64,000 bases of DNA from the NCBI GenBank assembly GCA_000004695.1, contig CM000154.2:2624001-2688000 (forward strand), in the 5' to 3' direction. The position numbers and the translations under genes are program-made. The stretch is from Dictyostelium discoideum (Eukaryota). The notes below the pieces were generated by a model. The model saw nothing but the letters and a program-made list of their open reading frames with translations. It made no database searches and was not told the DNA's origin. The number at the start of each line of letters is the position of its first letter. Within the stretch, counting starts at the first letter, position 1. Below are positions 12,112-26,998 of the stretch, in pieces.

Positions 12112-12934
12112 TCTGTATTATATATTTTCTCCCTATATATTGTATAAACTAAAACCTAATTAATTAAAGTTATTTCGATTTAGAAAGGATGTTCTATATA
12201 TATAATTGGAAACGAAAAAAAAAAAAAATAAAAAAAAAATGAAAAAAAAAAAAATTGAAAAAAATTTTAAAAAAAAATAAAAAAAAAAAAGTGAAAATGC
12301 AAAAAAAAAAAAAAAAAAATAAAAAAAAACTAAACAAATAATTTTTGATTTAATGTCAATTCCAATTGGAATTTTTAATATTTATTCATTTGTTTATTTT
12401 CATTTATTACTTTCCATATTATTTATTTGAAATTTTTTTTTTTTAAAAAAAAAAAAAATTTAAAATATGATTTTAATTTATTTGATAAATTTTTTTTCCA
12501 ATTTTATTCAAACTTTTTTTTTTTTTATAGTTTTATTTTTTTGTACAATTTTATTCATCTAAAAGTATTATTATTATTTTCTGATTTTTAATTCTAAAAA
12601 AATATTTTTAAAAAAAAAAAAAAAAAAAAAAATTTAATAAATAAATGAAAAAAAAAAAAAAGATATAAAATAAAAAAATTAAATAAATAAATGAAAAAAA
12701 AAAATAAATAAATGAAAAAAAAAAATAATTTGCATTGATTGTTGCCCCCTAAAACTTTTTAAATCTAAGTTTGTGTTTTTTATTATTGGGGGAGAAGAAA
12801 AAAAAAAAAAAAAAAAAAAATTAAAAATAAAAATAAAAAAAAAAAAAAAAATTAAAAATAAAAAAGAATGGTCATAGAAGATCTTTTTTCCTCCAATAGC
12901 ACCATCTCATTTTTTTTCGCTTTTTTTTTTTTTT

Positions 12935-12983
<49 letters not shown>

Positions 12984-13045
12984 GTTTTTATCAATTTTTT
13001 TTTTGCATCAAAGGCGAGATTTTATTATTGTATGCAGTGCAATGA

Positions 13046-13079
<34 letters not shown>

Positions 13080-13677
13080 CTTATTATAATAATAACAACG
13101 CAAGGTAATTAATTAATTTTAACCATCCATTCAAATAACAGGCAGAAATAAAAAAAAAAAAATAAAATAAAAATAAAAATAAAAAAAAAAAAAAAAAAAA
13201 AATATCGACTGGTAAAAAAAAAAAAAAATAAATAAATAAATAAAAAAAAAAGTAGTAGTAACCCTTTTTCATTAAAATTTGAATAAAAAAAAAATAAATG
13301 AAAAAGAATTACTCTTCACCCATAACCACCTTTTTTTAAAATATTACTTCCACATTGCCCACAAAAAAAAAAAATAAAAAAAAAAAAAAATAAAATAAAA
13401 TAAAACTTAAATTATACATTACCACAAAAAAAACAAAAAAAAAAAGTAAAAATAAACAAAACAATAAATCATTAATAATAAAAAAAAAAAAAAAAAAAAA
13501 GGATTTATTTTTTTAAAAATCTGTGCTTTAGTTTTCAAAAAAAAAAAAAAAAAAATTAAAAGGAATTAAAAAAAAAAAAAATTTGGAGGTGGCCATTTTT
13601 ATTTCGGGTCTATGGGTAAACCCCTCTTTTCTCTCAAAATTTTTTAATAATAATTTTTAAATCCTTTTGGAAAAAAT

Positions 13678-16602
<2,925 letters not shown>

Positions 16603-16647
16603 AAATATTTCATTGAAAATATAAAATTATTTATAATTTTATAAGTA

Positions 16648-16686
<39 letters not shown>

Positions 16687-16826
16687 ATTTAAAAAAGATA
16701 AAAATAAATATTTTGATTTTAAAAAAATATCATTATATTTTACTTTTCTTTTTAAATTTATCATGTTTTTTTATTTATTTATTCATTTATTTATTTATTT
16801 TTATTAATTAATTTAATCTCAAATTA

Positions 16827-16857
<31 letters not shown>

Positions 16858-16945
16858 AGATTTAATAAATAAAATAGATTTTAAAATTCTGAACATTTGC
16901 TCTATACAAAATATATATTATATACAAAAAAACGTAATTTATTTT

Positions 16946-16983
<38 letters not shown>

Positions 16984-17021
16984 CAGTTTGGTTTGGGGTT
17001 TTTATTTAAAATATTATAAGG

Positions 17022-17573
17022 TTAAATTTCATTAGGAAGCGAAAACAACGAAGAAATATCGTAATTGATATAGTTATTTTGATCTGTTGAAACTGAAGGT
17101 GTTGATTGTGATAAAGGTGTAGTTAAATGGTGATGAGTTTGATGAATATGATGATTTATAGTGCCAGTGGTAGAAGCTGACATATTTGGAGTTGGGATAT
17201 TGTTGTTGTTGTTGTTGTTATTGTTATTATTATTGTTATTGTTATTGTTATTGGTTGTGGTGGTTGTAGTATTTAAATTATTAGGTTGAGTTGGATGATA
17301 AGGTAAATGACTCATTTGAGCATGTTCTTGTTTAATATGTTGATGTTGTTGTAATGGTTGTATCCTATGTTGATTATCATCAAAGAGTAAAAAATCGTTA
17401 TTGTTTTCAATTGTATAAGTATTGGTTGTATTATCAGAAGGAATCAATGTTTGGGAACCAGATGTGGATGACCCCCAATAGTCATAATAGTATGGTACCT
17501 CGTGTGGTTCAATTGGGTGACTATTTGAGAATGTTGTATCCGTATTATTACTATTGACTTGTGAATTATTAGT

Positions 17574-17614
<41 letters not shown>

Positions 17615-17796
17615 GATGTTGGTTATGTGTAGTATTTATATGTTGTTGATGGTGTTGAACTTGTTGTGGATGATGTTGTTGAGCTTGTTGTGGATGATGT
17701 TGTTGTTGGTGGTGTTGTTGTGATAGTTGTTGTTGGTAATGTTGTTGCATTAATTGATATTGTTGTTGATATTGTTGATGTTGTTGCATTAAATAT

Positions 17797-17867
<71 letters not shown>

Positions 17868-18063
17868 GGCTTGTTGTTGTTGTTGATAATGATGTTGTTC
17901 CATTGAAGATTGATTTGGTATGATATTTACAGATGTTGAAGAAGGCATTGAAGGTTGTTGAAGATGGAATTGTTGAAATTGTGCATTTTGAATTTGTTGA
18001 TCAATTGGTAATTGTTGAATATGAGGTTGTTGAGAAATAACAGGCATTTGTTGTTGTTGAATA

Positions 18064-18106
<43 letters not shown>

Positions 18107-19521
18107 GCTGTTGTTGTTGTTGTTGTTGTAATTGTTGTTGAGTTTGTTGTTGAGTTTGTTGTTGAGTTTGTTGTTGTTTTGAATTTTTTGGAGATTGTGG
18201 CACTTTTTGTTTGTCATGTGTCTTTTTGGAAGAAAGAGATGGTGAAGAATTTGGGGTTGTTTGAGCCCTAATTATTTTTGGTGCAACCAAAGGTTCATTG
18301 GTTGTTATTGCTGTATTGGTATTACTACTATTGTTATTATTGTTATTATTGTTATTATTATTATTAATACTATTGGTACTATTTGTACTATTATTTAAAT
18401 TATTTGTAGAGGTTGTTGTACTACCAGAGAGTGCAAAAGGTGGAATATTTGATTTTTCAGAAGAATTTGTTGTAGTAGTTGTAGTAGTTGTTGTTGTTGA
18501 AGAGGAAGATTGATATAAAGATATTGGAGATAAAACTGGAGAACTACCATCCTCTGCATCTTCATCGTCATCGTCGTCATCATCTTTCTCTTTGTTTAAA
18601 GATTTTGAATCACCACCAATTTTTTTGAGTAGGGTAGAATTCCAATGATTTTTAATTGCATTTGCAGGTCTACCATCCAACATTTTAGAGATTGCAGTCC
18701 ATTTATTACCCAACGAAGCGTGAGCATCAATGATAATTTTATCCTCTTCAGGGGTCCAATTTGTTTTTCTAACCTCTGGTGAGAGATGATTGAACCATCT
18801 CTCTCTGCATTGTTTACCGATTCTACCGGGTATTTTAGCTGCTATTGAAGACCATTCCTTTGGTCCACATTTATTAACCAACTCTACCAATTTTGCATCC
18901 TCTTCATCCTTCCAAGGTCCCTTAACTATACCAGGACTAGAAGGTTTACCATTGTCTTTACTGGTTGTAGATTGCCATCTCTCCTCTGAATTTTGATATT
19001 TACTCTTACTGCTACTTCTGCTGTTTTTACTCTTTTTAGATGGTGACATTGGTGCTGAGCACGGCCCCAATGAAGGTGACATACTCAATGGAGTTGATGG
19101 TGCTGATAACGATGCATTTGCAAATGCCATTTGCATCGAAGTTAAACCAGGTGATGCTGATAATGGTGTTAAAAGTGGTGATGACACCAATATTGGTTTC
19201 AAACTATTATTGTTACTCATTAAATATTCATTGGTTAAATTGGATGTTGGTTGTCCAACACCCATATCCTCCTCTAGTTTTCTTTTACTTCCCATCATTG
19301 GTGATAATATTTGCTGTTGTTGTTGTTGAGTTTGTTGGTGATGATGATGATGTTGTTGTTGGTGATGATGTTGCTGTTGTTGTTGTTGTTGTATATTTTG
19401 TGGTTGAGATGATAATGTTGGTGTTAATGGTGTTAATGAAGTTGTAATGGAGGGTGGAATCATAGAAGTAGATGTCGTACTCTCTCCGTAATTTTGTTGT
19501 TGTTGTTGTTGTTGCTGCTGC

Positions 19522-19576
<55 letters not shown>

Positions 19577-19751
19577 GCTGTTGTTGATGATGGTGATGTT
19601 GATGTTGATGTTGATGATTTTGGTTAATATTATTATTATTATTGTTGTTATTATTGTTATTATTATTGTTATTATTGTTATTATTATTATTACTATTGTT
19701 GTTCGTTGTCATGATCATATAATGCCCCCCTGTGGATCCACAATACAACAT
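17022..19751 (-). CDS. R2R3 Myb-domain DNA-binding protein, 909 aa, single exon, rich in poly-Q and poly-N.
   Basis: There are two consecutive Myb repeats: GPWKDEEDAKLVELVNKCGPKEWSSIAAKIPGRIGKQCRERWFNHLSP and VRKTNWTPEEDKIIIDAHASLGNKWTAISKMLDGRPANAIKNHWNSTL. The ORF is continuous. The exact start is uncertain; MLYCG.. at 19751 and MIMTTNN.. are both possible. Confidence 0.8.
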
Positions 19752-19825
19752 TTTAGTAAATTGGTTTTTTTTTTTATTGTTATTATTTTTATTTTATAAA
19801 TAGTTTTATTATTAGTTTGTTGGTA

Positions 19826-19895
<70 letters not shown>

Positions 19896-20144
19896 GTTAT
19901 TTGAAAAAAAGGGTAAAAAAAAAAAAAATTGAAAATTTAAAAAAAAAAAAATAAAAATAAAATTAAATAATTTGAAAAGATTTTTTGGTTAATATATATA
20001 TATATATAAATATTTAATTTATTGAGATTTAGTATGTATATGTGTTATTGTTTGAAAAAAAAATAAAACAATAAAAAAAAAAATAAAAAAATAAAAAAAA
20101 AATAAAAATTAAAAAAAACATAAAAAAAGAGAAAATTTAAATTA

Positions 20145-20244
20145 NNNNNNNNNNNNNNNNNNNNNNNNNNNNNNNNNNNNNNNNNNNNNNNNNNNNNNNN
20201 NNNNNNNNNNNNNNNNNNNNNNNNNNNNNNNNNNNNNNNNNNNN
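20145..20244. other. Assembly gap, a run of 100 N.
   Basis: Run of N. Confidence 0.99.
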
Positions 20245-20376
20245 GCTCGGTACCCTAACCTAATTCCTTGCATTGTTGCTTGTGAAAAATATGCATGTAT
20301 TAAACCACTTTGTAATCCTCTTATACCTTCTGTCTTGTAAATCTGTTTAAATGCATCCCATACTCCATTATATATT
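20245..20376 (-). CDS. Truncated exon of a mitochondrial-carrier-family (SLC25-like) gene on the minus strand, cut off by the gap.
   Basis: The minus strand reads (acceptor ..cacaaag)|IYNGVWDAFKQIYKTEGIRGLQSGLIHAYFSQATMQGIRLGYR and then runs into the gap. This is the typical 'EG..GL..G' carrier repeat context. Confidence 0.4.
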
Positions 20377-20945
20377 CTTTGTGAAAATTAATACACAATT
20401 TTAAAATATTAAAAGAATTAAAAAAATTAAAATAATAATGAAATGAACGAGATTAATCAAAAAAAAAAATAAAAAAATAAAAAAACAAAAAAAAAAAATA
20501 ATATAATATTTAAAAAAAAATTATTACCTATTTACTAGAATAACGATAATAATAATATACTAATAATAGTAATTAATAAAGGTGAACTTTTTATACTATT
20601 ATTATTATTATATTTTTATTTTTATTTTTTCCTCCTTTGTATTGATATTAATATAATGAAACAATTCTTGTTATTTGTGTTATTGCTATTGTTTTTTTTT
20701 TTTTTTTATTGCGATATCTTTTTTATTGTGTTAAATTCTCATAAAATGAAGTCTATTATTAGATTAGAACTATTAATTAATTTTATATTAAGGAATTATT
20801 TTTTTTTTTTTTTTGGTTTTGTTTATTATTCCCTATTTATTTTATTTTAAAACAGAACTTTATTTTAATTTAATTTTATTATATTTATTATTTTAATTTA
20901 TTTTTATTTTTTTTTTTTTTTTTTTTTTTGAAAAACACTATAGAG

Positions 20946-21010
<65 letters not shown>

Positions 21011-21519
21011 GCAAAAAAAAAATTTGAAAAAATTAAAAAAAAAAAAATTAAAAATAAAAATAAAAATAAAAATAAAATTAAAAATAAAATTAAAAATATT
21101 TTATTAGATTCAAAATATGAAAATAAGATCCAAAAAAAATAAATAAAAAAATAAAAAATAAAAAATTATAAGATTAAAAAAAAAAAAAATAAAAAAAAAA
21201 AAAGATATTGTTACTTTATGTATAAATTTTCCAACGACAATGTTTTTTTTTTTATTTTATTTTTTTTATTTTTTTATTTTTTTTTTTTTGTTTATCAGAT
21301 GTGTGTATTAACATTCTTTGAAATTTTTCAACTTTTTTCCATAAACTTTAAAATGATCATATGTTTTTTAACTGACTGTTTTACCAACAATAAATAGACT
21401 TTGAAAAAATGATAGCAACATAAAGATTGTGGTTGGGTGAAATTAAACCCATATTTATAAATTATTTAAAAAATAATAAAAAGATGTTTTGGTTAGTATT
21501 TTTAAATCCTAAGGTATAT

Positions 21520-21708
21520 TTAAAAAAAAATAAAAAAAGACCATCTTTTAAGATTTGTAGTGGCACAGCCACGACAACATTGTTGAGATTGAACCACTTG
21601 ACCGTTGTAAGAGGTGACTTTAATCAATTTCTCGTCTTTTGTGGTATCGATATGTTTAACTCTCCACTTGAGGTTAATATCCAATGATTTTGGAAAATGA
21701 TCCAACAT
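21520..21708 (-). CDS. Small 61-aa ORF in a GC-enriched ~190 bp island. The alternative explanation is an snRNA-like ncRNA on the plus strand (see findings).
   Basis: ATG at 21708. The translation is MLDHFPKSLDINLKWRVKHIDTTKDEKLIKVTSYNGQVVQSQQCCRGCATTNLKRW... It uses C-ending codons of the kind seen in highly expressed Dictyostelium genes (ACC, TAC, AAC, CGT, GGC, GCC). I recognise no family. Confidence 0.3.
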   Translation of the reverse strand: MLDHFPKSLDINLKWRVKHIDTTKDEKLIKVTSYNGQVVQSQQCCRGCATTNLKRWSFFIFF

Positions 21709-22114
21709 AAAAAATAAAAAAATAAAAAGGTAAAAACAATTGTTTTCAATATGAAAATGGATAACTTTTAGTTTAGATTTTTTTTTTTTTTTTTTTTATG
21801 TTGGATCATTTTTTTTTTATTTTTTTATTTTTTTTATTTTTTTTTATTTTTTTTTTCTTTTTTTTTTTTCTTTTTTTTAATAATTATTTATTTTTGATCT
21901 ACTTTTTCAAAAAAAAAAAAAATAATAAAAAAAAAAAAAAAAAAAAAAATTTTATTTGTATAGATAATTTCTTTTTTTTTTTTTTTTAGTCTTGTTTTTT
22001 TTTTTCTTTTTTTTTTTTTTTTAGTCTTCTTTTTTTTTTCCTTTTTTTTTTTTTCTTTTTTTTTTTTTGGTTTAGCTTTTTTTTTTTTTTTTTTTTTGTT
22101 GGTTATTGATAAGT

Positions 22115-23389
22115 TTATTGTTGTTCGACTGGAGTGGCATTGGTTTCAGTGACAACAGTGACGACTGGAGCAACTGGTAAAGTGTTATTTGATGCCATAG
22201 CGATCATATCAGCATAGGTTGGTTGCTTCTTTTCGTTTGAAGAATCAGTGGTGGTGGCAGTGGTGACTGGGGCAGCTGGAGTTGGTGCGGTTTTCGATTT
22301 ATCTTCAACTTTTGATGGTGATTTCTTTGGTTGAGATGATTGAGTGGTTGATTTTTTGTTTGATGGAGCATTGGTTGAAGCTGCGGTTTGAGTGGTGGTT
22401 GTTGTAGTTGGAGTAGCGGTAGCAGTTGATGATGATGAAGCAGCAACATTTGAAGTTGGTGCAACTGGAGTTGTTGTTGTTGTTGTTGGTGGTGAAACTA
22501 CAGTGGTTTCAACTGGTAATACGCTTTTTTTATCGGCTGGACCCCATTCCATTTTTTTAGTTTCAACAACAGATGTTTGTTGTTCACTTCCATTTAAAGG
22601 TGGGAAATGTTGTGGACCTGGTGGTACAACAACAGTTGCTGCCTTTTGGCTGTGTTTCTCTTTATGTTCATCGTTTGATGAATGATTAGATTTCTTTGAT
22701 TTATTGTGATGTGATTTTGGTTTATTAGAAACTGATGATTTTCTTTCGGTATTGGTGGTGGTAGTTGAAGTTGTAGCAGTGGTGGTTGTAGTGGTTGTAG
22801 TGGTGGTTGGTGATGATGGTGAAGCGGTAGTTGTGGTTGGGGTTGAAGTGGTAGCAGTTGAGGTGGTTGTATTATTATTATTGCTATTATTATTGCTATT
22901 ATTATTATTATGGTGTGAAATATGTTTTGGTTTTCTTTGTGTATGACGCTTTTCTGTATTTGTATTAGTTGGTTTATTTTCTGTATTCTCTGTATTATTA
23001 TTTATATTTTCTTTTGGGGTAGTACTATTATTATTGCTATTTGAAAAATGACTATTATTATTATTGTTGTTGTTGTTATATGTATTATTAAAATCTCTTC
23101 TTGGTGGTCTTGATGAATCTTTTGGACCACGTTGATAGTGTTTACGTTCACCATTTCCAGTGGTGGTAGCTGGTTGTTGTTGTTGTTGTTGTTGTTGGGC
23201 TTGTTGTTGTTGTTGTTGTTGTTGTTGGGCTTGTTGTTGTTGTTCATAGTTACTGTTACTGTTATTGTTATTGTTATAATTTCTTGACCATTGTTTTTGA
23301 CCATTATAATATGAAGATCTATGTGATGAAGCAGCACCAGATGCAGCTGAAGATTGATATGGAGTGAATTGAGCACCGTTTGGTCTACC

Positions 23390-23426
<37 letters not shown>

Positions 23427-23793
23427 GCTGGTGATGGTGTTTTCATTAAAGATTCAGATTTAATTCTAGCTTTAATTTGTTTATCTTTAAAGGTTAAATT
23501 TTTAATTTGATCGTGTGCTTCTAATGCATCTTCCTCTTTATCGAATTGAATGAACCAATAGTTACCAATATCTGATCTGACTGATGATATGGTTTTACCA
23601 GTTTCTGAAAAGATTCCTCTAATCTCTTCAACTGGTGTCTCTGTTGGGATATCTCTTAAAATAATAATATTTCTTTGTAATTTAAATGATGGTTTAATTA
23701 ATGTTTTGGTTTCATCTATAATAACATTTGAACTTTTTGACATAACTTCAACAATTAAATTCATATCAGTTGTTAAATTTTTAACCATCTAAA

Positions 23794-23826
<33 letters not shown>

Positions 23827-24078
23827 TTTTATTTAGTAAATATATTTTTTTTTTTTTATTTATTTATTTTTAATGTTAAAACTTACTTTGAAATTTGCAA
23901 TAACTTCAATTGCAACAAACATTTCATTATTCATTCTACTTGTAAGATAATAATCTGTTGATAAATTCTCACGAGATAAATAATATTCAATTTGTTTTTT
24001 GATGGCATCTTCCAAAGCTTTTCCTTCTAAATTTTGTGGCGTTATCGGTGTTGTTGTTGATGATGATGATGATATCAT
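22115..24078 (-). CDS. La protein / La-related protein with a La motif followed by an RRM. CDS is complement(join(22115..23788, 23887..24078)), with a possible extra 5' exon.
   Basis: Exon 23887..24078 encodes ..ALEDAIKKQIEYYLSRENLSTDYYL..MFVAIEVIANFK, which is the La motif. The donor is GTAAGT, and acceptor AATTTTAG precedes ATG 23788. The next exon encodes MVKNLTTDMNLIVEVMSKSSNVIIDETKTLIKPS (the continuation of the La motif) and then an RRM (RNIIILRDIPTETPVEEIRGIFSETGKTISSVRSDIGNYWFIQFDKEEDALEAH). The C-terminus is low complexity. Confidence 0.8.
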
Positions 24079-24533
24079 TTTATGTGTGTATATATAAGTA
24101 TTTTTTTTTTTTTTTTTGTTTATTTATTTATTTACAATATTTAATTAAGAATAATAAATGTTAATATTAATTTTTTTTAGAAAAAAAAAAAAAAAAAAAC
24201 CCAAAAAAAAAAAAAAAACCCAAATTTAAAAAAAAAAATAAAAAAAATTAAAAAAAAAAGGGGCCGGGGCCCTTTTAAAAAAAAAAAAAAATTTAAAAAT
24301 AAATTAAAATTAAAAAAAAAAACCCAAATACCCCATTTTTTTTTTTTGAAAACGCCAAAAAATAAAAAAAAAAATAAAATAAAAAATATAGATTTGAGGT
24401 TTACCAGGATTTTTAAATTTGGATTTCTGGAAATATTTGATTAGCAAATGCATCATCATTAATTTCCCAAATAAATATCTTGTAAATTTAATATATGAAG
24501 AAATAAAGAATTACAAAATAGAAGAAGAAGAAG

Positions 24534-24565
<32 letters not shown>

Positions 24566-24606
24566 AAATATAAATTTATATTTCGATAATTATTGAGTGA
24601 ACATAC

Positions 24607-24706
24607 CTAATTTTGGTTGAGAAGTAGCTGAGGCAGCAGTGTTGGTGGTTGAATCTGCTGATGATGGTTGTTGTTGAGTGGTTTGAGCGTTATCCAAAGT
24701 TGCCAT
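24607..24706 (-). CDS. Possible additional 5' coding exon of the La gene, or an independent short ORF.
   Basis: It encodes MATLDNAQTTQQQPSSADSTTNTAASATSQPKL plus a G (phase 1) and ends at donor GTATGT. An in-phase AG acceptor lies inside the La first exon (..CAAAATTTAG|AAGGAAAAG, which would give ..L-E-GKALEDAIKK). That implies a 580-bp intron (24027..24606), which is long for this genome and contains low-quality-looking sequence. Confidence 0.25.
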
Positions 24707-24895
24707 TTTCTGTTGTATAGTTGATTGTGATGGTTAAATATTCTATCTAAAAAAAAAAATTGATGATATTTAAAAAATCTTTTTAAAATCGCTTTCTTAA
24801 TATTTATTATAATTAGTATTTGCTTTAAAAACTATTATTTCTATTACTACTATTATATATTTCTTTTTTTGTGATAATAATTCATAAGGTGTATT

Positions 24896-25110
24896 TTGTT
24901 TTTGTTTTTTTTTTTTTTTTTATTTTTGTTTTTGTTTTTGTTTTTGTTTTTGTTTTTGTTTTTGTTTTTGTTTTTGTTTTTGTTTTTGTTTTTATTAATA
25001 TACAGGTTTTATAAAAGGAAAAAAATGAATGTTCCTTTTTTTTTTTTAAAAAAAAATGAATGTTCCTTTTTTTTTTTTAAAAAAAAATGAATGTTCCTTT
25101 TTTTTTTTTA
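24896..25110. repeat. (TTTTTG)n microsatellite followed by three tandem copies of a ~30-bp unit.
   Basis: ttttgtttttgtttttg.. runs 24900..24985. 'aaaaaaatgaatgttcctttttttttttt' occurs three times in 25020..25110. Confidence 0.9.
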
Positions 25111-25390
25111 AAAAAATAAATAGGTTTCTTTTATTATTTTTTTTTGTTTCTTTGTTTTTTTTGGTTTTATTTTTATTTTTATTTTTATTATATTTTATTT
25201 TTATTATATTTTTTACAGTAACCAAGAAAGACAAAAATGATAAATAGAGAAGAAAAAAAAAAAAAAAATAAAAAAATCTTTTTTAAACAGGAGAAAAAAA
25301 TAACAAAAAAAAAAAAAAGAGTTTCAAAAGTGGTCTTTTTTAAACAGGAGAAAAAAATTTGTGTTAATCTTTTTTTTTTGTTTTTTTTAA

Positions 25391-25422
<32 letters not shown>

Positions 25423-25562
25423 TAAAAAATAAAAATTAAAAAAAAATAAAAATAAAACCCTTTTACCTGTTTTATTGTTATTATTATTATTATTTATTTT
25501 ATTTTTATTATTGTTTTTTTATTATAAAATAAATGACCCAATGTTGATATGAACACATAAAT

Positions 25563-25570
25563 TCCCACAA
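25563..25570 (+). promoter_or_regulatory. DUSE-like upstream element (TCCCACAA) of the type that precedes Dictyostelium ncRNA genes.
   Basis: It matches the [AT]CCCA[CT]AA consensus exactly. A GC-richer island ending in a T-run starts about 58-60 bp downstream. Confidence 0.3.
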
Positions 25571-25627
25571 TAGATAAAGATTAGATTAAATAGTAACAAT
25601 TAATATAAAAAAGTATTATCCTTTTTT

Positions 25628-25700
25628 GCATTTACAAGGGGAAGAGGGTGGGTTGGTGCGTGTTATTTCTAAATAGTGGGGTTTTTTTATGACAAACACG
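25628..25700 (+). ncRNA. Candidate small ncRNA (class-I-like or Pol III transcript) downstream of the DUSE motif.
   Basis: 'ttgcatttacaaggggaagagggtgggttggtgcgtgttatttctaaatagtggggttttttt' is a GC island inside an AT-rich intergenic region and ends in a T7 run. Its 5' end lies about 60 nt downstream of the DUSE. Confidence 0.25.
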
Positions 25701-25831
25701 GAGTGTGTTAAATTTAATTTTTTTTTTTTTTTTTTTTTTTTCTCTAAACAACTTTTAAAACCCAAAATATTATAATATTAAAAAAAATAATTGTAAAAAA
25801 GAGTAAACGAAGAAATTTTGTTTTGTTTTGG

Positions 25832-25888
<57 letters not shown>

Positions 25889-26599
25889 TCGATATGATTT
25901 GATTTGATTATGATTTTAATGATGTGAAGGGAAGGAATAGTTTTTAAATATTTTTTAAATATTTTTTTTATAAACATCCAAAAATGGTTAAATAATAAAG
26001 AAAGGAAAAAAATAAAAAAAAAGAAAAATAAAAAATAAAAAATAAAAAAATTTGTGTTGATCTTGTGTATAAATATTTAACTGTTTTTGTGGTAGTACTA
26101 TTATCATATTAATTATTATCGTACTATTATTATTATTATTATTATTATTATTACTACACCTATTTATTTTTATTATTATTATTATTGGCCTGCTATTGAA
26201 TCTTTAAAAATATACTTTTTTTTTTATGTGTTTTTAATAATATATTATTTAATTTTTAAAAAAAAAATATATTTTTTTCTTTTTTTTTTTTTTTTCAAAA
26301 ACTTTCTGTTTGATATATCCTTCTGTTTCAAATCCTTTTTGTAAAAAAAAAAATCCAAAAACTTAATTACAAAGAGATACTAATAAAAGAAAATAAAATT
26401 TCAATTTCAAAACCGAAAAAAAAAAAAAGGAAAAAAAAAAAAAAAAAAGGTTTTTTTTTTTTTTCAAAAAATAAAAAAAAAATAAAAAAAAAAAAAAAAC
26501 ACAAAAAAATTATAAAAAAAAAAAACTCTGATGATGGCACTATTGCTTCCAATAAATTATTTGAATAGTCATGAAAATTGCCATTTTGTCATTTATTTC

Positions 26600-26661
<62 letters not shown>

Positions 26662-26998
26662 CTTTTTTAAACTAAAATTTTGATTTTATTAATTTTTTTT
26701 TTCCAAATTGATTTAAAAAAAAAATAAAATAAAATAAAATAAAAATAATAAAAAATTAAAAAAAAAAATAAAAAAAAAAAAAAAAATTCTGGATAAAAAA
26801 ACCAAATTGTCTATTATTACTCTAAAATCCAACATTTCTTTCCATTATTGATCTCTAATATTTATGAATAAATAAATAAATAAAAAATAAAATAAAATGA
26901 CATATGTCAATAAACTAAATTTAATTATAATTGTTTTTTTTTTTTTTTTTTTTTTAATTGTGTTTTTTTATTATTGAAAAATTGAAAAATTGATTAGT

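Noticed and set aside
21427-21687. Plus-strand ORF 21427..21687 (MWLGEIKPIFINYLKNNKK..).
   Set aside because: Its N-terminal half is AT-rich and low complexity. Only the part overlapping the GC island is ORF-like. The minus-strand ORF or a plus-strand ncRNA explains the island better.
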